A DNA stretch of 57,764 bases from Elusimicrobiota bacterium. Lineage in GTDB: Bacteria > Elusimicrobiota > Elusimicrobia > Elusimicrobiales > UBA9959. This document shows positions 50,973-57,764 of the stretch, in pieces. The position numbers and the translations under genes were made by a program. The notes beneath the pieces were generated by a model that saw nothing but the letters and a program-made list of their open reading frames with translations, was not told the DNA's origin and searched no databases. The stretch lies in NCBI GenBank assembly GCA_027340875.1, contig DAIENX010000004.1:1-57764 (forward strand), given 5' to 3'. How positions within the stretch are numbered: position 1 is the stretch's first letter; the number at the start of each line of letters is the position of its first letter.

Positions 50973-51017
50973 CGGCGCAGCCCTTTTCGGCGGCATAGCG
51001 CTTAGCGCGGGGACAAA

Positions 51018-52643
51018 ATGACCAGATACATATTCGTGACCGGCGGCGTCGTCAGTTCTCTCGGCAAAGGCATCACGGCGGCCTCCATAGGCAGACTGCT
51101 GAAGGCCCACGGACTTTCCGTCACTATTATGAAGTGCGACCCGTACATCAACGTGGACGCAGGCACGATGGCCCCTTTCCAGCACGGCGAGGTGTTCGTC
51201 ACCGACGACGGCGCCGAGACGGACCTGGACCTCGGCTATTACGAGCGCTTCCTCGGCATCGACACCGGCAGGGTGAACATCATGACCGCCGGCCAGGTGT
51301 ACCAGACCGTCATCGCGAAGGAGCGCGAGGGCGGCTACCTCGGCCAGACCGTCCAGGTCATCCCGCATATCACCGACGAGATCAAGCGCCGGTTCATCAA
51401 GGCCGGCGAGGGCTACGACATCGCGATCATCGAGATAGGCGGCACGGTGGGCGACATAGAGAGCCTGCCGTTCCTCGAGGCCGCGCGCCAGATGCGCCCG
51501 GACCGCATGCGCAACGACGTGCTCTACCTGCACGTCACGCTTGTACCGTACCTGACCGCTTCGGACGAGCTGAAGACCAAGCCCACGCAGCACTCGGTCA
51601 ACAAGCTGCGCGAGATCGGCATAGACCCGGACATCATCGTCTGCCGGGCCGACAAGCCGCTGGCGCGCGACATCAAGAACAAGATAGCCCTTTTCACCAG
51701 CGTCCCGAAGGAGGCCGTGGTGGACGCCGCCGACGCGCCCTCCATCTACGACGTGCCGTTCATGCTGAAGAAGCAGGGCCTGGACGAGCAGATCATGATG
51801 CTGCTGCGCCTGCGCAGCGGCAAGTGGGACTTCGACGAATGGACCGACTTCGTGCAGCGCCTCAAGAGCGCCGCCTCGGCCCAGCCGGTGCGCATCGCTA
51901 TCGCCGGCAAATACACCAAGCTCAAAGATTCCTACAAATCCCTGACCGAGGCCATTCACCACGGCGCGATAGCCAACGGGGTGAAGGCCGAGTTCGACTA
52001 CGTGGACGTGGAGGCCGAGGACTTCCGCGAGCGCCTGGACAGGGCCGACGGCCTGATAGTCCCCGGCGGCTTCGGCGACCGCGGCATAGAGGGCAAGATA
52101 GAGGCCGTGCGCTACGCCCGCGAACACAAACTCCCGTTCCTCGGTATCTGCCTCGGCATGCAGTGCGCCACGATAGAGTTCGCGCGCGACGTGCTGGGCC
52201 TGAAGCGCGCGCATTCCTCCGAGTTCGACCCGAAGACCCCCCACCCGGTAGTGGACCTCATGGCCGCGCAGAAGGGCGTGAAGGAAAAGGGCGGCACGAT
52301 GCGCCTCGGCGCCTACGCCTGCGAGATCAAGAAGGGTACGCTGGCCCACCGCATCTACGGGTCCTCGTCCATCTCCGAGAGGCACCGCCACCGCTACGAG
52401 TTCAACGGCAAGTACGCGCCTCTGTACGCCAAGAAGGGCATGATGATAAGCGGCTGCCACAAGAAGCTCAACCTGCCCGAGATAGTTGAGATCAAGTCCC
52501 ATCCCTGGTTCGTCGGGGTGCAGTTCCACCCCGAGTTCAAGTCCAGGCCGCTGATGCCACACCCGCTGTTCTTCAGCTTCGTGGCCGCCGCCGTCAAGAA
52601 CAAGGCGAATTCACGGAAAGGCGAGGCGGCGCACGCCGTCTAA
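51018..52643 (+). CDS. pyrG: CTP synthase
   Basis: TGGVVSSLGKG, KTKPTQHSV, GICLGMQ, RHRHRYE, QFHPEF. Confidence 0.98.
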   Translation: MTRYIFVTGGVVSSLGKGITAASIGRLLKAHGLSVTIMKCDPYINVDAGTMAPFQHGEVFVTDDGAETDLDLGYYERFLGIDTGRVNIMTAGQVYQTVIAKEREGGYLGQTVQVIPHITDEIKRRFIKAGEGYDIAIIEIGGTVGDIESLPFLEAARQMRPDRMRNDVLYLHVTLVPYLTASDELKTKPTQHSVNKLREIGIDPDIIVCRADKPLARDIKNKIALFTSVPKEAVVDAADAPSIYDVPFMLKKQGLDEQIMMLLRLRSGKWDFDEWTDFVQRLKSAASAQPVRIAIAGKYTKLKDSYKSLTEAIHHGAIANGVKAEFDYVDVEAEDFRERLDRADGLIVPGGFGDRGIEGKIEAVRYAREHKLPFLGICLGMQCATIEFARDVLGLKRAHSSEFDPKTPHPVVDLMAAQKGVKEKGGTMRLGAYACEIKKGTLAHRIYGSSSISERHRHRYEFNGKYAPLYAKKGMMISGCHKKLNLPEIVEIKSHPWFVGVQFHPEFKSRPLMPHPLFFSFVAAAVKNKANSRKGEAAHAV

Positions 52644-52652
52644 AGGAGCAAC

Positions 52653-53501
52653 ATGGCCAGACAGAAGCAAGTCAGGGTCGGCGGCGTGGTCTTCGCCAAC
52701 GACAGGCCGCTGGCCTACATTGCCGGCCCGTGCGTCATAGAGACCCCTAAATCCTACGCGGCCGCGGCGGCCGGCCTGAAGGCCGTCTTCGACGGGCTCA
52801 GGACGCCCTTCGTGCTGAAGGCCTCGTTCGACAAGGCCAACCGCAGTTCCCACCGCTCGTTCCGCGGGATCGGGATGCAGGCCGCGTTGGACTTCCTGCG
52901 CGAGCTGAAGACCCGCCTCGGGGTGCCGCTGGTGGTGGACGTCCACGAGCCGTCCCAGGCAGGCCCGGTGGCAGGAGCGGCCGACCTGCTGCAGGTCCCG
53001 GCCTTCCTGTGCCGCCAGACCGACCTGCTCTTCGCCTGCGCCGACACGGGCCGCCCGGTCAACGTCAAGAAAGGCCAGTTCCTCTCCCCCTGGGAGGCCG
53101 AGAACATCGTGAGGAAGCTGGAGAGCCGCAAGGCCTCCGGAATCATGCTGACGGAGCGCGGCTCCATGTTCGGATACGGCAACCTGGTGGTGGACATGCG
53201 GGCGCTGGAGGTCATGAAGGATTTCGGCTACCCGGTCATCTTCGACTGCACGCATTCCGTGCAGCGCCCCGGCACGCTGGGCGCCGCCACCGGCGGAGAC
53301 CGCCGTTTCGCCGTGCCGCTGGCCAAGGCAGCCGCGGCCCTCAAGATCGCGGGGCTTTTCTTCGAGGCGCACCCCAACCCGGCGCGCGCTCTTTCCGACG
53401 GTCCGAACTCGCTGAAGCTGTCCTCGGTTAAAGCCGTGGTCTCCGCCCTGAACCGGGTGGACAGGCTGGCCGCCCAATTGACGGAGATAGGTCCCAACTG
53501 A
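52653..53501 (+). CDS. kdsA: Kdo-8-phosphate synthase
   Basis: AGPCVIE, KASFDKANRSS, PAFLCRQTDLL, KKGQFLSP, THSVQRPG. Confidence 0.97.
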   Translation: MARQKQVRVGGVVFANDRPLAYIAGPCVIETPKSYAAAAAGLKAVFDGLRTPFVLKASFDKANRSSHRSFRGIGMQAALDFLRELKTRLGVPLVVDVHEPSQAGPVAGAADLLQVPAFLCRQTDLLFACADTGRPVNVKKGQFLSPWEAENIVRKLESRKASGIMLTERGSMFGYGNLVVDMRALEVMKDFGYPVIFDCTHSVQRPGTLGAATGGDRRFAVPLAKAAAALKIAGLFFEAHPNPARALSDGPNSLKLSSVKAVVSALNRVDRLAAQLTEIGPN

Positions 53502-53514
53502 CGAGGTAAATAAC

Positions 53515-53778
53515 ATGAAATGCACCAACTGCGGGCAGGACAACCGCCCGACACTTAAATTCTGCAGGAAATGCGGCAGCGACCTCACGCTGCCCCCTGC
53601 CTGGTTCCCGGGCTGGAAATGGCACCTTAAAGCGCTCTCCTGGATCTATCTGACCCTCGTCGCGGGTTTCTTCATAGTCAGCTACCTGCTGCACAAGCTC
53701 CCCCCGCCATACAACCAGCGGCAGCTGCCCCCGGAGATGACCCCGTGGCTCAACCCCCACAAGGTCCCGGCGGAATAA
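53515..53778 (+). CDS. Zinc-ribbon membrane protein
   Basis: CTNC...CRKC followed by a TM helix. RBS GAGG. Confidence 0.75.
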   Translation: MKCTNCGQDNRPTLKFCRKCGSDLTLPPAWFPGWKWHLKALSWIYLTLVAGFFIVSYLLHKLPPPYNQRQLPPEMTPWLNPHKVPAE

Positions 53779-53782
53779 CCGC

Positions 53783-54760
53783 ATGAACAAGGACTCGCTC
53801 ATAATCTCGGCCGCCAAAGCGGTCATCAGATCGGAGGCCGGCGCCGTTTCCGGTCTGAGCGCGGCCATCGACGCTTCCTTCGTCAGGGCGGTGCGTCTGC
53901 TGGAGAAATGTCCAGGCAAGGCCGTCCTGCTCGGCGTGGGCAAGTCGGGCCTGATAGCCAGGAAGATAGCCGCCACGCTGGCTTCCACCGGCACCCGCAG
54001 CGTATACCTGCACCCGGTGGAATCGCTTCACGGGGACCTCGGCATGATAGCCTCCGAGGACGTCGCGCTGGCGCTGTCCTATTCCGGCGAGACCGAGGAG
54101 ACGGCCAAGCTGCTCCCGATACTGCGCAAACAGGGCCTGCCGGTCATCGCGATAACCAACAATCCGGCTTCGCGCATGGCCAGGAACGCGGACGTGGTGC
54201 TGCGCCTGCGCGTAAGGTCAGAGGCCTGCCCGTTCGACATCGTGCCGACCTCTTCGACGACGGCCATGCTGGCCCTCGGGGACGCTATCGCCGTGACGCT
54301 GATGAAGCTCAAGGGCTTCGATAAGAGCCACTTCGCCCGCCTGCACCCGGGCGGGAATCTGGGCAAGCTGCTGAACCTGAAGGTGGCGGACCTGATGCGC
54401 AGCGGCAGGGACAACCCGGTGGTCAGGGAGTCCGACCCCGTCTCCCGGGCTCTGCGCGCGATGACGGATACCAGGACCGGAGCGGTCTCCGTCACAGGCC
54501 CGAAAGGGAAGCTTACCGGCTATTTCACCGACGGCGACCTCCGCCGCCGCCTGCAGGAGGGCTTCTACGATCTCTCCGCCCCCGTCAGGGCAGTTATGAC
54601 CCGCGGGCCGCTAACGGTGCACCCGGAGACCCCGGCCATGGAGGCCGCGCGGCTGATATCCGAGCGCAAGATCGACAACCTGCCGGTCACGGACGCCCGC
54701 ACTGGACGCCCCGTGGGCATCATAGACGAGCGCGACCTGCTGAAGGAAGGACTCGGTTGA
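53783..54760 (+). CDS. kdsD: Arabinose-5-phosphate isomerase (KpsF/GutQ)
   Basis: GVGKSG, HGDLG, SYSGET, PTSST, HPGGNLG, two CBS domains. Confidence 0.96.
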   Translation: MNKDSLIISAAKAVIRSEAGAVSGLSAAIDASFVRAVRLLEKCPGKAVLLGVGKSGLIARKIAATLASTGTRSVYLHPVESLHGDLGMIASEDVALALSYSGETEETAKLLPILRKQGLPVIAITNNPASRMARNADVVLRLRVRSEACPFDIVPTSSTTAMLALGDAIAVTLMKLKGFDKSHFARLHPGGNLGKLLNLKVADLMRSGRDNPVVRESDPVSRALRAMTDTRTGAVSVTGPKGKLTGYFTDGDLRRRLQEGFYDLSAPVRAVMTRGPLTVHPETPAMEAARLISERKIDNLPVTDARTGRPVGIIDERDLLKEGLG

Positions 54761-55257
54761 AACCGCTGCTGCCGCTGATCGCGCTGTTCGCCGCCGGCTG
54801 CGGCGGCGGCACTACCGGGACCGCCCTGCCCGGGGTCAGCCTGCTGGAGAACTTCTCGATGGCCGAGACCTCCCCGGCCGGCACCCGCTGGAGCCTGGAC
54901 GCCAATAAGGGCCGGATGGACGAGAAGAACTCCCTGATGACCTTCACCACTCCGCGCCTGAAGTTCTACGAGGCAGGCAAGGTGACCTCAACTATCGCCT
55001 CCCGCACCGGCTCGCTGAAGATGCAGGAGCGATCGGCCGTGCTGAACGAGGAAGTTGAAGTGGATTCAATGCGGGACGGGATGCGCCTGACGACGACCAA
55101 ACTTTACTACGGCTCTGCCCGCGGCAAGATCTGGACCGAGGAACCGCTGACCATCTACAAGGGCAAGACCGTGATCCAGGGACGCGGCTTCACCGCGAAC
55201 CCGGACCTTTCGGAGATAGAGATACACCACCAGGAGACGAGGCTGGCCAAGGAATGA
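54757..55257 (+). CDS. lptC: LPS export periplasmic protein LptC (lipoprotein-type N-terminus)
   Basis: WSLDANKG, LTTTKLYY, IWTEEPLTI, IQGRGFTAN. Position before lptA/lptB. Confidence 0.8.
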   Translation: MKPLLPLIALFAAGCGGGTTGTALPGVSLLENFSMAETSPAGTRWSLDANKGRMDEKNSLMTFTTPRLKFYEAGKVTSTIASRTGSLKMQERSAVLNEEVEVDSMRDGMRLTTTKLYYGSARGKIWTEEPLTIYKGKTVIQGRGFTANPDLSEIEIHHQETRLAKE

Positions 55258-55928
55258 GGATACTGCTGCTCTCGCTGCTGCTCGCCGCCGCCGGCCCGCT
55301 CAGGGCCGCGGACGACTTCCTGCGGGGCTCAGTGGTGAAGAGCGAGAAATGGAAGATGGACCGGACCAGGGACCTGGAGATCTTCGAGGGCAACGTCTCG
55401 TTCCGCAACCCCAAGTACACGCTGAAGGCGGACAACGCGCGCTATAACCGGGCGGCCCAGGCCTGGAACATGCAGGGTTCCGTCTACATGCTCCGGCGCT
55501 TCGACGACAAATCCCTGGTGGAGGTCAACTGCGACCGGGCCCTCTACCTGGAGACCGAGGAGGAGGCCACGCTGAAGCGCGGCGCCGTCCCGATCGACAT
55601 GAAATACACCGGTCCTGACGGCCGGGTACTGCGCGGAAAAGCCGGCGCCGCCCTCGCGGAGAACCGGAAGGGTCTGATAACGTTCAGCGACTTCTTCTCG
55701 CTCTCCACCGACAACCTGGACATGTACTCGGGCGCCGCTCTTTATGACAATACGGAGGGGACCTTTCTGATGTACCGGGGCAGGCCTGCCGCCATAGGCA
55801 ACCGCCAAGGCTACGATTTCGCGATCAACGCGGAGAAGATAAAGTTCTTTAAGGACAGCAGAGACATGAAGTTCTACGACAAGGTGGCCGGCTGGGTCAA
55901 GGATTCCCCCGCCCCGGAGCGCAAATGA
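55254..55928 (+). CDS. lptA: LptA/OstA-like protein
   Basis: Signal peptide, FEGNVSF...LKADNARY beta-jellyroll pattern. Lies between lptC and lptB. Confidence 0.7.
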   Translation: MRILLLSLLLAAAGPLRAADDFLRGSVVKSEKWKMDRTRDLEIFEGNVSFRNPKYTLKADNARYNRAAQAWNMQGSVYMLRRFDDKSLVEVNCDRALYLETEEEATLKRGAVPIDMKYTGPDGRVLRGKAGAALAENRKGLITFSDFFSLSTDNLDMYSGAALYDNTEGTFLMYRGRPAAIGNRQGYDFAINAEKIKFFKDSRDMKFYDKVAGWVKDSPAPERK

Positions 55929-56644
55929 AACTCGAATGCAGCCTGCTGGAGAAATCGTTCAGCCGCCGCAAAGTGGTCAACGGCATCTCGCTCAGCATAT
56001 CCTCGGGAGAGGTATGCGGCCTGCTGGGGCCCAACGGCGCCGGGAAGACCACGACGTTCCACATGCTGGTGGGCTTCCTTGAACCTGATTCCGGCAAGGT
56101 CTTCCTGGACGGCCGCGACGCCACGAAAGAGCCGATGTACGCGAGGGCCCGCGGCGGAATAGGCTACCTGGCCCAGGAGCCCACCGTCTTCCGGGGCCTC
56201 ACCGTGGAAGAGAACCTGGTGGCCATCCTGGAGCGCACCACGCCGGACCGCAGGGACATAATGACGCGCGTCGAGTCGCTGCTGGGCGAGTTCGGCCTGC
56301 TGAAGCTCAGGGGCCAGAAGGCCTGGACGCTGTCCGGCGGCGAGAAGCGCCGCCTTGAAGTGGCCAGGGTCATGATAAACGACCCGAAGATAATACTGCT
56401 CGACGAGCCTTTCGTCGGCATAGACCCCATCACCGTCAGCGACCTGAAGAAGATCATCACCCACCTGAAGGAGAAGGGCATCGGCGTGCTGATAACGGAC
56501 CACAACGTGCGCGAGACGCTTTCCATCACCGACCGCTCCTACCTGATCTACGGCGGCCAGATCCTGATAGACGGCAACGCCGAGACCCTCCTGAACGACC
56601 CCAAGGCCCGCGAGCTCTACCTCGGCTGGGACTTCAAACTGTGA
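55925..56644 (+). CDS. lptB: LPS export ABC ATPase
   Basis: GPNGAGKTT, GIGYLAQE, LSGGEKRRLE, LLDEPFVGIDP, ITDHNVRETL. Confidence 0.97.
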   Translation: MKLECSLLEKSFSRRKVVNGISLSISSGEVCGLLGPNGAGKTTTFHMLVGFLEPDSGKVFLDGRDATKEPMYARARGGIGYLAQEPTVFRGLTVEENLVAILERTTPDRRDIMTRVESLLGEFGLLKLRGQKAWTLSGGEKRRLEVARVMINDPKIILLDEPFVGIDPITVSDLKKIITHLKEKGIGVLITDHNVRETLSITDRSYLIYGGQILIDGNAETLLNDPKARELYLGWDFKL

Positions 56645-56680
56645 ACCGGCAGGCCTCCCGGAGCAAAAAACCGTATTTAA

Positions 56681-57739
56681 TCAAGTGAAGGTTTCCAGGT
56701 GGGTGTGGAGGCCATGGCGACGTATGAATTTTAGCGCCGCGTCGTGCTGCCGTTCAGCTTTTCCCGTTTCCCCTTCCAAATAGCTGAGGGTGCCCAGCGA
56801 CAGCAGGGTCAGCGCCTCGCCCCTGGGTTCGGAGCGGCCCTTAAAAAGAGCCGCGGCTTTCCTGTAATGCTTATGCGCGGAGCCGAAATCCCCGTTCTTC
56901 TTCTTTATCTCGCCCATCCCCCACTCAACGAACCCAAGATCGGCCCAGTCGGACAACTCCGAATAAAGCTTATGCGCCCGCATATATCCGGCATAAGCCT
57001 CCTCAAGCCGGCCCAGCTGGCGCAGAACGTTCGAGGTCCCGCATTCCGCGTAGGCTTTGGCGAAAGCGTCGTCCGTGGCGGCAAACAGCCTCCTCGCCCG
57101 CACATAGCAGTCGAGCGCCCTGCCCATGAAGCCCGCTACCCGCAGTATACCGCCCAGCCCGAACAAAGCGTAACCGGCGGCGGCCTCGTCCCGCTCTCCC
57201 TTCGCGCATTTAAGCGATTCCTCAAAAGCGGCTATTCCCTCGGCGTAGCGTCCCTGAAGCCTGTAAAGCCCTCCAAGGGCCCAGAGCGCGAAGCCGGCGC
57301 CGGACCGATCGGCGGCTTTCCTGTAGCCTTTAAGGAGTTTTTCAAGCAGCCTGGCGGCTTCCGGTAATTTCCCGGTAAGGCGAAGGGCCAGCGCCCATTC
57401 CAGTTCTGCCGCTTCCCTGTACGCCCCGGTCTTCGCGGAGAGAGCAAGCGCCTTCCTGGCCGCGGAGACGGCCGCTTTATCGCTGCCAAGCGCCCGGCTG
57501 CAGCGCGCTTCTCCCAGGAGGGCCTCCAGCAAAAGCTCTTCGTCCCCGCGCGCGGCTTTACGGACAACAGCGTATTCTTTCAGCGCTTCGGCAAAAAGGC
57601 CCAGCCCGCGCAGCGCTTCCCCCCTCATTAAGAACAGGCGGCCGGCGTCTTTGCCGGGCTTTATCCTTTTAAGCCGCGCAAGGGCCGGGGAGAAATCCCC
57701 GTTATCAAGAAGCGTTCCTATTTTTTCAAGGTTTTCCAT
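56681..57739 (-). CDS. Tetratricopeptide repeat protein
   Basis: ~40-aa helical repeats (ALWALGGLYRLQGRYAEG; ALFGLGGILRVAG; AECGTSNVLRQLGRLEEA). Confidence 0.85.
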   Translation of the reverse strand: MENLEKIGTLLDNGDFSPALARLKRIKPGKDAGRLFLMRGEALRGLGLFAEALKEYAVVRKAARGDEELLLEALLGEARCSRALGSDKAAVSAARKALALSAKTGAYREAAELEWALALRLTGKLPEAARLLEKLLKGYRKAADRSGAGFALWALGGLYRLQGRYAEGIAAFEESLKCAKGERDEAAAGYALFGLGGILRVAGFMGRALDCYVRARRLFAATDDAFAKAYAECGTSNVLRQLGRLEEAYAGYMRAHKLYSELSDWADLGFVEWGMGEIKKKNGDFGSAHKHYRKAAALFKGRSEPRGEALTLLSLGTLSYLEGETGKAERQHDAALKFIRRHGLHTHLETFT

Positions 57740-57764
57740 TTATCATTCCCGGGACCGGATATAT

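Noticed and set aside
49803..52562. 919-aa antisense ORF, and similar long shadow ORFs (e.g. 32027-33604, 30563-31993, 34937-36193, 12094-12939)
   Set aside because: They mirror well-identified genes. High GC3 suppresses stops on the opposite strand, and they show no recognisable motifs.

Overview
GC-rich bacterial chromosome segment from a diderm, LPS-producing organism. The protein style and gene content are consistent with Elusimicrobiota, but this is inference only. Most of the window is housekeeping: pepT, pit, fba, era, yebC-ruvCAB-spoIID-queA-tgt-yajC-secDF, a long Kdo/heptose/LPS cluster (waaA, GT9s, lpxK, gmhB, hldE-kinase, kdsB, pyrG, kdsA, kdsD, lptCAB) and a tRNA-Arg(TCG). The most interesting signal is a possible T9SS-like export system outside Bacteroidota. 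It has two parts: (i) a minus-strand operon (18.2-26.3 kb) joining a HEAT protein, an M4/M36 metalloprotease with a C-terminal sorting-like domain, PorV-like and PorT-like barrels, and LPP20 and FlgT-like lipoproteins; (ii) a two-gene cassette (37.8-42.2 kb) with a tiny protein carrying the same C-terminal domain, coupled to a ~1284-aa phage-tail-fibre-like protein that has no export or anchor domain of its own. Also notable: a dispersed structured ~80-nt repeat (two copies, each inside its own long stem, one within a ~345-nt folded region between queA and tgt), a candidate three-way-junction RNA at 6.1-6.2 kb, an apparently catalytically dead PepT paralogue, a split DUF4254, a 1.5x GT9, and an LmtA-like methyltransferase in the LPS cluster. 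No CRISPR array, integrase, transposase or rRNA was seen. All family calls come from motif recognition, not database searches.
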